Shown: in pieces, positions 21,570 to 30,932 of the stretch
Numbering within the stretch: position 1 is the first letter of the stretch
Layout of the letters: each line of letters starts with the position of its first letter
NCBI GenBank assembly: GCA_963815195.1
Contig: CAWFGE010000010.1
Span: 96,001-160,000, forward strand
Source: an uncultured Planctomycetaceae bacterium
GTDB lineage: Bacteria; Planctomycetota; Planctomycetia; Planctomycetales; Planctomycetaceae
DNA length: 64,000 nucleotides
Reading direction: 5' to 3'
The notes under the pieces: model-generated
The model's input: the letters and a program-made list of their open reading frames with translations, nothing else
Database searches by the model: none
Told to the model about the DNA's origin: nothing
Position numbers and translations under genes: made by a program

Positions 21570-22381
21570 CTATTCGCCCGTTTGATCGAGATGCTTCTTG
21601 AAGAACGCGATCGCCCGCCGTCCCGCGTCTTCGCCCAAGATGCTGTGCCCTCGGTCGGGGTAGGTTTTGATCTCATAGGGCACCTGGGCGGCAGCGAGTT
21701 TTTCTTGCAGCTCGTAAGCTTTTGCCACGGGCACGCGCTGGTCCTGCTCGCCGTGGAGAATCAACGTAGGCGGGAAGTCTTCGACGCGGACGACCGGCCG
21801 GCCGTGGCCATCCTCGAACAGACCCCCGAAAAACTCAACGACGCACGCCGGCCTGGTGCGGTCTTTTGCTTTCACTTTCACAAGCCGTTCCGTCGCCGAC
21901 AGCGACACGAACCCGCCCAGCGAAAACCCCAACAGTCCCACGCGGCCGGGATCGATTTCTTCGAGTTGCCCCACCTGGCCGAGAACGTCCGCGACCGCAT
22001 CGATCCAATCATCGCGGTCGCGGAGGATCGTTTCGCCGAGATCTTTATCGGTCATGCCCAGGAGGTTGTCGTAAGGCGATGTGTCGAAGTAATGCACGTA
22101 GAACACGTGAAAGCCTTCGGCGGACAGGGCGCGGGCGTATTCGCGGTAATAGCGGCCGTACTTGTCGGCCCCGTCCACGCCGTGGAGCATCAAAATCGCC
22201 GGCCGTTTCGTCTGGGCCGCCGCCGGGATGTCCGGGCGAAAATGCTCGCAGGTAATCTCCGCCCCGTTGCGCGCAGGCGGTGAACCTGATCGGGCGACTC
22301 CGCGGAGAAATTCCACGCGAGCGCCCCGATCAAACACAGGGCAAGCAAAACCACCGAACCGCGAATCATCCGAGTCTTCAT
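21570..22381 (-). CDS. Dienelactone-hydrolase-like alpha/beta hydrolase with signal peptide; frameshift near 22260
   Basis: PAILMLHG, GLLGFSLGG, LILHGEQDQRVP, YPDRGH; the N-terminal signal peptide lies in ORF 22190..22393. Confidence 0.8.
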
Positions 22382-22389
22382 GGCTGCTT

Positions 22390-24102
22390 TCATTGTGGAA
22401 CTGTCTCTTTTGGCCGATTTTTCGCGATGGCATACAACGTGTTTTTGTTGGCGATGAACAGCACATTATTGGCAACAATCGGCGTCGTGTACACGGTGTT
22501 GCCCATGTTCATAGTATTGAGGAGTTCTTTCTTTTCAGAGAGGCGAAAGATCGCGACATCGCCGTCCTCGTCGCCGATGTAGACTTTGTCTTCCACGATC
22601 AACGGCGACGCCGCCCAGCAAGCGGCGAATTGATCATGCGTCCAATGCGGGTGCCCGGTTTGGGCATCGAAGCAGTGCACGAAGCCGCCAAAGTCGGCGA
22701 TAAACAACAGGTCGTCCTTGATGGCGACATGCCCCACCGAGCGGTGCATCACTTTCTCGAAATCCGTGATCGGATTGCCGTTCAAATCGAAATCGGAGTA
22801 TTCCCAGATGACTCGCGGAGTTCGGGTTGGGCCTCGCGATCTCGCCCGCTTTGGGATCGACGAGCTGCTCTTTGCGGAAGGGCGCTGGTTTGCCTTGGTC
22901 ATCGACCGCCAAGGTGGGGCTGACGTCCGAGCCGTCAAGCTTCTTCGCGGGATCGATGCACCACAGATGCCCCGGCCCTTCGCCGTGCTCGGGATCCTGA
23001 CCCGTGGCGACGTAGACTTTGTTGTCGTAGATCACCGGCAGCGGTGATATAGGGGTTGCGATTCCCCCGGCCGCCCAAAATCCATTTGGCCTCCTTGGGA
23101 TTGCAGTCGAACTTCCAGAGCAGCTTGGAATGGCCTCGGCCGTCGCCTTGGGGGTCGAAACTATAAAGCCAGCCGTCGCCACCGGGAAACAGGACCTGCG
23201 GCCGGCCGCCCAGAACGGCATACGCCGGCGAAGACCACGAACCGTGGAGCAGGCCTTTGTTGGGCGACTCGTCGGTCCATAACACCTCGGCCGTGTGCTT
23301 GTTCATGGCGAAAAACGCCGGGGCGTTGGGCTTGGGAATATTGACATGGCTTTCGTCCACGCCGTTGGAGGTGACCACAAACAAGATCTCCCCCGCCGAG
23401 GTCAGCGAGCAGGTGCACATGTTATGCTGGCTGATGCCCAGCTCGCCCATCATGTCGAACTTCCAAACCACGTCGGCTTCATTCTCCGCCTCGACGTCTT
23501 CCTGTTGAAAGGGGCCATCGTTTTCCTTGTCGCGAAAGCCTTCGGTGTCGAGGCACACGACTTCACCGCGGTTCGTCACATACCACAGCCGCTCGCCGTC
23601 GATCAGCGGGACCGACACGATGCCCTGCATCGGCCAGTCATGCTTGCGGCCGGTTTTCAGTTTCTTGTTGGAATGCTGCCAGAGGAATTCGCCCGTTTGT
23701 TCGTCGAAGCACAACAGCACGCCCAGATCAACTTGCACGAAGTCGTTCCACGGGAACCGCTCGATGTACCCGCCCGCGTTGTTGGTGCCGACGTAGACTT
23801 TCCCATTCGCCACCACCGGGCCGCTGTAAGTCTGGGATCCCAATTTGGCTTTCCACTTGATGTTCTTGCCCGAGTCCACGTCCCAGTCGGTGGGGATGTT
23901 TTTTCCCGACGGGCGTGTTATTGCGAAGCGAAGACCCGCCCCACTGCGGCCAATCGCCCGGACGGACTTGGAGTTTTGGGAGATGGTAACCCTTGAGGTT
24001 CGCTTGATCCGCGGCCAATTCCTGGGCGTCCACACGAAGGACGGGACAAAGAAGGAAGCCACTAAGGCATAAAGAAACCAGATAACGGCGTGCGAATTTC
24101 AT
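22390..24102 (-). CDS. PQQ-binding-like beta-propeller protein (planctomycete BamB-like); frameshifts near 23900, 23045 and 22815
   Basis: GDWPQWGGSSLRNN, KNIKWKAKLGSQTY, HGSWSSP, GQDPEHGEG, SPLIVEDKVYIGDEDG, TPIVANNVLFIA spread over four overlapping ORFs. Confidence 0.85.
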
Positions 24103-24231
24103 GGGGCCTCCCCAACTCCAATATCGGCCAATTGCGGAATTCGCGAGATCCGCCGCGCCGACGGTTGCGTTATCCCAATCATACCGTTTTTCGAGCGCGG
24201 ACGGGCAGATCTTTTCGAGAGGAGGCCGCTG

Positions 24232-24954
24232 ATGGAGAGATGGTATTTTTCCTGCGACGGCGAAACATTCGGCCCGGTGACTTTGGCGGAGCTTCAACAG
24301 TTGGCCGACGAAGGGACGCTCGAACCGGGCGATCTGGTGTGGTCAGCGGGCATGGCGGACTGGCAGCCGGCCTTCCGCGTTCCGGCGGTCCGCTTCCCGG
24401 AAATGCCGCCGCCGTTGCCCGTGTCCTCAGCGATTCATCGGGCCATCGGCCTGTCGCGTGAAGTAGTCGTGCACCGAACGCTCGCGTGGTTGTGGAAGCA
24501 TAAGCCGGTGTTCTTTTTCGCGGGCTTCGCCGTCTGCGGCGGCATCGCCTGGGTATTGGCGGCGATGAGAATGCCGATGTTTTGCATCGCCATCGTGAAA
24601 ATTCCCTTCCTGTTGTGCCTGGGGGGATTCGCACTCACGGGGCTCGTCGCGATTTGCAAGCTCTGTTCCCAAAGCCAGCGGCGGACCTGGCTGCGGAAGA
24701 AGTGGGTCGCCGCGAATGGCGACGGCCGCTGGCTTCAATTCTCCAAAGACGGCGGCTTCGTTCGCAGCGACGGGTTTGGGGCGAAATATCAGTTTGACGC
24801 CGCGAACGACCGCATCGTGCTCCACCCCGCGGACGGCTCCGCCCGGAGGGAAATCCGCGTCGTGCTGCTGTCCGACCGCGACCTGGCGATTACCTGGGAC
24901 GACAAAACCGAATACTACGAGAAACCCCGCTGGTGGAAGCGGCTGTTGGGCTGA
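24232..24954 (+). CDS. GYF_2 (DUF4339) domain membrane protein
   Basis: WYFSCDGETFGPVTLAELQQLADEGTLEPGDLVWSAGMADWQPA followed by hydrophobic helices; AGGAGG-like RBS. Confidence 0.85.
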   Translation: MERWYFSCDGETFGPVTLAELQQLADEGTLEPGDLVWSAGMADWQPAFRVPAVRFPEMPPPLPVSSAIHRAIGLSREVVVHRTLAWLWKHKPVFFFAGFAVCGGIAWVLAAMRMPMFCIAIVKIPFLLCLGGFALTGLVAICKLCSQSQRRTWLRKKWVAANGDGRWLQFSKDGGFVRSDGFGAKYQFDAANDRIVLHPADGSARREIRVVLLSDRDLAITWDDKTEYYEKPRWWKRLLG

Positions 24955-25067
24955 TGATGGGCCGGAGCCGATGGACGTTGAATCAATCAAACTGGTGGCA
25001 TGCCGGGTTGACAACCGATACACTTGGGAAGAGACGCAGATACTTCCCAAGCCAACCGCGAAACCCA

Positions 25068-25421
25068 ATGCCTGCTATCCCTTCAAAATCCCCAGCTTTT
25101 CGCAACCGCGAGACGGCAGCCCGTTGGCGGGCTCTGGTTTGCGGTTTGTGCATGCTGGTGATGGCGGTGCCTTCCGCGGGTTCGCTGCCGCTGGGTTCCT
25201 GGCTCGCCCTGCGGATGGACTGCGAAGAAGACGCGGAAACGGTTGACGAGACCGACATCGAGGCGACCGAGGAACGCCGCGATTTCGCCGCTCCCACCCG
25301 GCCCCGCCTGCTTTCCATTCTGCGCCCCGCGTCGTCCCGCCGGCCGTGGTCCTCTTTGGTGGCTTCCGACCGGAGCGAATTTCGCTCTTTGAACGGCACC
25401 GGCTCGCCGCTGCTTTGTTGA
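25068..25421 (+). CDS. Small membrane-anchored hypothetical protein upstream of SulP
   Basis: Hydrophobic N-region, acidic linker, C-terminal RSLNGTGSPLLC. Confidence 0.5.
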   Translation: MPAIPSKSPAFRNRETAARWRALVCGLCMLVMAVPSAGSLPLGSWLALRMDCEEDAETVDETDIEATEERRDFAAPTRPRLLSILRPASSRRPWSSLVASDRSEFRSLNGTGSPLLC

Positions 25422-25562
25422 TCGGCTGCTCCATTGTGCGCGAACTGCTTCGCGCCGCTTGGTTTCTGATGGGTCGATTCACCCAAACAGCCTGCGCCAG
25501 GCGTTTGCCGCCTGATGCTGCGCGGGTTGATGCTTTCATCCGCCGAACCGAGGAGGAGTCTG

Positions 25563-27533
25563 ATGAGCAGCGAACACGCCTCGCCGCGAGGATTGTTTCC
25601 AAAAATTCGCAATGATCTTTTGCCTTCGATTGTTGTGTTTCTGGTCGCGTTGCCTCTGTGCATGGGGATTTCGATTGCCTCGGGAGTTCCGGTGGCGGCA
25701 GGTCTCGTCACCGGGATTGTGGGCGGAATTGTGGTGGGGCTGCTTGCGGGCGCCCCGCTGACGGTCAGCGGTCCCGCCGCCGCCTTGACGGTCGTTATCT
25801 ACGATCTCGTGAGCCGGCACGGCCTGGAAAGCCTGGGCTTGGTGGTCCTCATGGCGGGAGCGATCCAGTTGATCGGCGGGCTGTTCAAACTGGGGCAATG
25901 GTTTCGCGCCGTGTCGCCGGCGGTGATCAAAGGCATGCTGGCGGGGATTGGGATGTTGATCTTCGCCAGCCAATTCCACCTCATGGTGGATGACACTCCC
26001 AAAGGCAGCGGACTGGAGAACCTGCTGACCATCCCCCAAGCCATTCAAAAAGGACTGCCCTGGCCGAAGTTCGGCACCCGCGAACAGCGAGCCGAGCGGA
26101 CTGACAATCTCCAAGCCTTCGGCACGTTGCACAATTGGCAGGTGGAGATTCGGGAACAAGTCGGCGAGGTCGTGCCCGAGTTGGCCGCCGAAGCGGAACT
26201 CACGTTGCCCGAAGCCGAGCAGTTGGCCGAGCTGGCGGAGTCGCAGGCGGCGCTTCATGCGGAGCTTGGGCAATTGGTGTCCGACTTGGATGTCGAGTCC
26301 GCGACCAAGACTGCGGAATCGGCAGAGAAACTGCGGGCGGCCGGTCAAACGGCGTTGGCAGCCACCGGAAAAGCGTTGGCCGATTTGCGGGAGAAAAACG
26401 TTGAGGACGTTCGCGAATCGCAAGCCGAGGCGGACCGCGCGATTTTGCAGGTCGAAGCGGGTTTGAAAAACCACGGCCTCGCGGCCAAGATCGGTTTGCT
26501 CACCATCGCGATCATTCTGTTGTGGGAAACTGCGACGCCCAAAAAATGGCGGATCGTGCCGGCTCCGCTGGTGGCGGTGGTGACGGCGACGCTCGTCACG
26601 GCGGTGTTTGCGCTCCCCGTGCTTTACGTCGAAGTCCCGCCGCGGCTGTTGGACGATCTGCACGTGCCCACCTTAGCCGTGCTCACGGAGGGCGATTGGG
26701 CGGCGCTTGTGCAATCCGCCGTGGCAATCGCGGTCGTGGCGAGTGCGGCCACGCTGTTGACGGCGACGGCGGTGGATCAAATGCATCAAGGAAAACGCGC
26801 GAAATACAACCGCGAACTCTGCGCCGAAGGCGTGGGCAATATGATCTGCGGAATGTTCGGCGCGCTGCCCATCACCGCGGTGATCGTGCGCAGCTCCGCG
26901 AATATCCAATCTGGCGGAAAATCGAGGTGGGCCACCGTGATGCACGGAATCTGGCTGTTGGTTTTCGTGGTGCTCTTGGCGGGGGTGATCCGCATGATCC
27001 CCGTCGCGGCGCTGGCGGCGATGCTCGTTTACATCGGGTATAAGCTCCTGGACCTCAAATCGATCCGCACCCTGGCGGAATACGGCAAAGGTGAAGTCCT
27101 GATTTACTTCGCCACGGTCGGCACCATTGTCGCCAAGGATTTGCTCACCGGGGTGCTGGTGGGGATGTCGCTCTCGGCGGCGAAACTGTTATTCAGCGTC
27201 TCCCGCTTGAAAATCGTCGCCACCGACAACCGGGAGACCGAAATCTTCCTCATCTCGCTGCAAGGCACGGCGACATTTCTGCAACTGCCCGTCCTCGCCG
27301 AAACGCTGGAAAGCGTGCCCCGCCGCCGGCAGGTTCGCATCGAGGAAGGACGGCTCCTGTTCATCGATCATGCCTGCCTGGATTTCCTGATGTCCTGGTC
27401 CCAGCAGTACCGAGCCTCCGGCGGCGAAGTGCAGATCGATCTGGATCGGCTCCGCACAAAATACGACGACCCCGACGCCAGCCAACCGCCGTCCAGCTCC
27501 TCCGAGCAACTCGCCGGGGCCAAGCATTCATAG
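25563..27533 (+). CDS. SulP/SLC26 family anion transporter
   Basis: SIVVFLVALPLCMGISIASG, VSGPAAAL, RELCAEGVGN, LPITAVIVRSSAN, STAS-like C-terminus; AGGAGG RBS. Confidence 0.93.
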   Translation: MSSEHASPRGLFPKIRNDLLPSIVVFLVALPLCMGISIASGVPVAAGLVTGIVGGIVVGLLAGAPLTVSGPAAALTVVIYDLVSRHGLESLGLVVLMAGAIQLIGGLFKLGQWFRAVSPAVIKGMLAGIGMLIFASQFHLMVDDTPKGSGLENLLTIPQAIQKGLPWPKFGTREQRAERTDNLQAFGTLHNWQVEIREQVGEVVPELAAEAELTLPEAEQLAELAESQAALHAELGQLVSDLDVESATKTAESAEKLRAAGQTALAATGKALADLREKNVEDVRESQAEADRAILQVEAGLKNHGLAAKIGLLTIAIILLWETATPKKWRIVPAPLVAVVTATLVTAVFALPVLYVEVPPRLLDDLHVPTLAVLTEGDWAALVQSAVAIAVVASAATLLTATAVDQMHQGKRAKYNRELCAEGVGNMICGMFGALPITAVIVRSSANIQSGGKSRWATVMHGIWLLVFVVLLAGVIRMIPVAALAAMLVYIGYKLLDLKSIRTLAEYGKGEVLIYFATVGTIVAKDLLTGVLVGMSLSAAKLLFSVSRLKIVATDNRETEIFLISLQGTATFLQLPVLAETLESVPRRRQVRIEEGRLLFIDHACLDFLMSWSQQYRASGGEVQIDLDRLRTKYDDPDASQPPSSSSEQLAGAKHS

Positions 27534-27537
27534 CCCG

Positions 27538-27587
27538 TGTTGCAAAATCGCCTCATCAAAATGCCGCAAATGGGGCATTTTGCAACA
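27538..27587. promoter_or_regulatory. Palindromic upstream activator-like sites
   Basis: TGTTGCAAAAT...ATTTTGCAACA arms, including TGGGGCATTTTGCAACA, about 120-170 nt upstream of a sigma54 motif. Confidence 0.55.
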
Positions 27588-27703
27588 TGTGTTGAAAAGG
27601 CGAAACTCGCCGCGTTTCGGCCGGCAGAAAAAACTTGAGGAAAAATCCCCTTGTTTTTCAGGTTTTGAAACGATTTCGGAATGATTTTGACAAGCCGACG
27701 GGG

Positions 27704-27722
27704 TTTTGGCATCGGACGTGCA
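27704..27722 (+). promoter_or_regulatory. sigma54 (-24/-12) promoter
   Basis: TTTTGGCATCGGACGTGCA: GG-N10-GC spacing. Confidence 0.65.
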
Positions 27723-27732
27723 ATACTATTTC

Positions 27733-27812
27733 CGCGGTGAGAGGCGTTGGCCCGCACCGATCACCAAAAACAGAAAGGTGTCTCAAACGTTTGTTTGAGG
27801 CACCTTTTTGCT
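27733..27812 (+). ncRNA. Candidate sigma54-dependent small RNA (~80 nt)
   Basis: Lies between the sigma54 motif and a terminator, contains no credible ORF; 5' hairpin GGTGA/TCACC. Confidence 0.5.
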
Positions 27813-27819
27813 TTTCTTT
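27774..27819 (+). terminator. Intrinsic terminator, probably bidirectional
   Basis: AAAGGTGTCTCAAAC-GTTT-GTTTGAGGCACCTTT (15 bp, one G-U) followed by TTGCTTTTCTTT. Confidence 0.85.
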
Positions 27820-27830
27820 GGAATGGGGAT

Positions 27831-28265
27831 TCACTCCGCTTGCGACGCGTTCCGGCGATGGAAGGGATAAAACCACACTCCGTACGGGAGAAATCGCGGC
27901 ACGACCGGGTCGGCCAGGCGGTCGGGGTTTTTGATCCGCCACGCGAACCGGCCTTCCAGATAAGCCGCCGGCACGCAGGACGCGACGGCATCGTCATCTT
28001 CCGCCGGTCCGGAATCCCAGAGGTCGATTGTGCCCACCAAAACGCCCCGCGGCAGCGAATCGACCTCCAGCTCATATTCCTCAATCGCATCGTCGGCGAA
28101 GGCGTTCTCGGCGAGCTTCTTCGAGGCATACAGATAAATCGTGCCCCGCTGCCTGGTGTCCGTGGATCGGATTTCCACCGTCTTGATCCCGCGCAGAATC
28201 AGCTCCGCCCAAGGTTGCCGAACGCCGAGGGCCAGGCGCTGTTTGTCGACGGGGGGATCACTCAT
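27831..28265 (-). CDS. ASCH domain protein
   Basis: [23 protein letters not shown]...RGTIYLYAS...[12 protein letters not shown]. Confidence 0.9.
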   Translation of the reverse strand: MSDPPVDKQRLALGVRQPWAELILRGIKTVEIRSTDTRQRGTIYLYASKKLAENAFADDAIEEYELEVDSLPRGVLVGTIDLWDSGPAEDDDAVASCVPAAYLEGRFAWRIKNPDRLADPVVPRFLPYGVWFYPFHRRNASQAE

Positions 28266-28292
28266 GGGAAACGTTGACCGGCTGACGATCGA

Positions 28293-29377
28293 TCAAGCCG
28301 CATTGGGGAGGGCATCGCCGCGGGTGGCCCAGCCGTCGTGGATTTCTTCGAGGAGGGCCTGGAGGTCATATTCGTAATTCCAGTCCGGGTAGTGGCGCGG
28401 AACTTGCTCACGTCGCTCACGTACCAGATGTGGTCGCCGATCCGCGATTCGTCGGCGTATTTTTTATTGAGGCGTTTGCCGGAGATCTCTTCGCATAGGG
28501 CAATCGCCTCCTGCATCGAGCAGTGGCTATGCCGACTGCCGCCGGCGTTATAGACTTCGCCCGGCCGGGGGTTCTGGTGGAAATGCCAGAACATGTTGAC
28601 CAGATCGCGGGAATGGATATTGTCGCGGACCTGTTTGCCTTTGTAGCCGAAGATCGTGTAAGTCCGCCCGACCATGCAGCACTGCATCAAGAACGACAGA
28701 AACCCATGCAGCTCCGTGCCCGAGTGCCCGCCGCCGGTCAGACATCCGCCGCGAAACACGCCGGTGTTCATGCCGAAGTACCGGCCGTATTCCTGGACCA
28801 TCACGTCGGCGGCGACTTTGGAGGCTCCGAAGAGGGAATGCTTGCAGTGGTCGATCGACATGCTCTCGTCGATGCCCCGCTCGAAGTAGGCATGCGACTC
28901 GTCCACGTCCCACCGCGTGTCGAGTTCCACCAGCGGCAAGCGGTTCGGGTTGTCGCCATAGACTTTGTTCGTGGAGGTAAACACGAACGTGGCTTTCTGG
29001 CAATGCGCGCGGGCGGCTTCCAACAGAACCAGCGTGCCCTGGGCGTTCACGGAGAAATCGGTCATCGGTTCCCGCGCGGCCCAATCGTGCGAAGGCTGGG
29101 CGGCGGTGTGCACGATGAGCTTGATGTCCGAGCCGTATTCCCCAAACACCATATCGACGGCTTTGTGATCGCGAATATCCACGGTATGGTGCTCATAGTT
29201 CGCGATGGAGTTTTCCAGCCGCCGCCGGCTCCAGGCGGTCGAGGCTTCTTCGCCGAAGAAGTATTTCCGCATGTCATTGTCGAGCCCGGCGACCGCGAAG
29301 CCCTTTTCGCTCAAGAACCGCACGGACTCCGCGCCGATCAAGCCCGCCGACCCGGTGACAATCGCAACATCCATCAT
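28293..29377 (-). CDS. NAD-dependent epimerase (CDP-paratose/tyvelose 2-epimerase-like); frameshift near 28395
   Basis: [48 protein letters not shown]; the shifted frame gives [11 protein letters not shown]...NAA-stop at 28293. Confidence 0.88.
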
Positions 29378-29441
29378 TCCCTCCTTGGAACTTTTTCGCG
29401 TAACAATGCAGATTTCGCCATAACATAAAACCCCAGATTCA

Positions 29442-29603
29442 TTTTTGAAGTGAGCGGCACGGCGCTAGCCGCCGGTCTTTTTGAAGTGAGCGGCACGGCG
29501 CTAGCCGCCGGTCTTTTTGAAGTGAGCGGCACGGCGCTAGCCGCCGGTCTTGGAATATCAAAGTTCCGCCGAAAAGACCGGGGGCTAGCGCCCTTCCGCT
29601 CAC
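29442..29603. repeat. REP-like family B: three perfect 36-bp tandem units plus one inverted copy
   Basis: TTTTTGAAGTGAGCGGCACGGCGCTAGCCGCCGGTC x3 (29442-29549); inverted copy at 29574-29603, 27/30 identical. Confidence 0.92.
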
Positions 29604-29666
29604 ATTTTGCGACCGGGCGCATCTTCAGAAGATTGATTCGGGGTTTGGATCATTTGTATTTTGGAT

Positions 29667-29694
29667 TTGTTTCGGATTTCGAGATTCGGATTTC
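29667..29694. repeat. Family D repeat, copy 1 (TTGTTTCGGATTTCGAGATTCGGATTTC)
   Basis: Identical 28-mer at 35029-35056; internal 7-nt periodicity. Confidence 0.8.
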
Positions 29695-29708
29695 GGATTT
29701 GATGCTGG

Positions 29709-30887
29709 TCACGCGGCGGGTTGGCATTCGCGGGCGGCGAGGCAGCGGGAATAGAGGTAGTGCACCTTCATCGCCGACTCCTTCCAGGAGAATTCGCTGC
29801 GCGAAAACTGGAGCGCCCCGTCGGCCAAGGTTTGATAGAGGGCTTCGTCCGAGCAAATCCGCCGGACCGCGTCGAAGATGCTCGTGCCGTCGGCGTGGTC
29901 CAGGACGTAGGCGTCTTGGAGGTGCCGGGTCACGAGGCCGATGTTCGTTTTGGGCAGCACGACCGGCCGGCCCATCGCGAAGAACTCCGGCAGCTTCGAA
30001 GGGAAGCGGTAATCGTTGAAGGGATCGCTGGTCCCCGGCTGCACGAACACGTCCGCCATGGCCAGGATGTCCGACAGCTTTCGGCGGTTGACGATGTAGC
30101 CCACGGAAATGGTGAACTGCTTCGCCCAATGCCGATATTCGGGCGCGTGCTCGACGGAATCCCGTCCGACGCGGACCAGGCGGGCGGGCACGCCTTCGCG
30201 GTTCAAGAGGGCCACTGCCAGATACAGGCTGCGGATCTCGCGGTGGTTGGCCGTGTGCATATTGCCGTGGTAGGTGAGCACGATCTCATCTTTTTCGATG
30301 CCCATTTTTTTCCGTAGTTCATCGTTTCTGGGCCGCTGAGACCAGATGGAATCATCGACCGCGGGCCAGAACTCGGCGGTAGGTATTTCGAAAGGGACGT
30401 GCTCGGCGAGTTGGTCGATCAACACCGTCGCCCCGGCCGCCGACCGAAAGAAGTCCTGGCCCCCTTTGGGATGGGTCAGGTGGTCGGGGAAGGGATAGGG
30501 AAGCGAATCGTCGAGCACTTGCTGATACCGCTCCGGGCCGAGCGCGGTGCGGGCGATGTAGTCTTCGTTGTCTTCGAGATGGATGATCGTTTGAAACGAA
30601 GCGACTTCCGCCAGGCGGTCGCGGAAATGCCGCATCCGTTCGCGGGGCGTCCAGACATGCAGCAAATCCGGGCCTCTCCGGTCGCGAAACCGGCGGGGAT
30701 CGGTCAGCACTTCGTGAAACGTCGCCACTCGGTAAGGATAGGGATCAAACCGCGAGGCTTCCTCCGGTTTGTCGGGCACGGCCACCAGGCAGTCGTAACC
30801 CATCCCGCACAGTTCCCGCGCGATCCCATCCACGTGGCTCGCGCTGTTGCACGAGAGGGAATGATGCAGTCCAAAGAGGAGATTCAT
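29709..30887 (-). CDS. Glycosyltransferase family 4
   Basis: ADVFVQPG, FNDYRFPSKLPEFFAMGRPVVL, FSW near the C-terminus. Confidence 0.88.
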   Translation of the reverse strand: MNLLFGLHHSLSCNSASHVDGIARELCGMGYDCLVAVPDKPEEASRFDPYPYRVATFHEVLTDPRRFRDRRGPDLLHVWTPRERMRHFRDRLAEVASFQTIIHLEDNEDYIARTALGPERYQQVLDDSLPYPFPDHLTHPKGGQDFFRSAAGATVLIDQLAEHVPFEIPTAEFWPAVDDSIWSQRPRNDELRKKMGIEKDEIVLTYHGNMHTANHREIRSLYLAVALLNREGVPARLVRVGRDSVEHAPEYRHWAKQFTISVGYIVNRRKLSDILAMADVFVQPGTSDPFNDYRFPSKLPEFFAMGRPVVLPKTNIGLVTRHLQDAYVLDHADGTSIFDAVRRICSDEALYQTLADGALQFSRSEFSWKESAMKVHYLYSRCLAARECQPAA

Positions 30888-30932
30888 CGTGTCGAGTCCG
30901 TTCTGAAGATGCAGGTCGTCGTTCCGCGGGGT

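Noticed and set aside
29442..29549. 36-bp repeats as a CRISPR array
   Set aside because: Units are directly adjacent with no spacers, no cas genes are present, and the motif also occurs inverted and dispersed like a REP.
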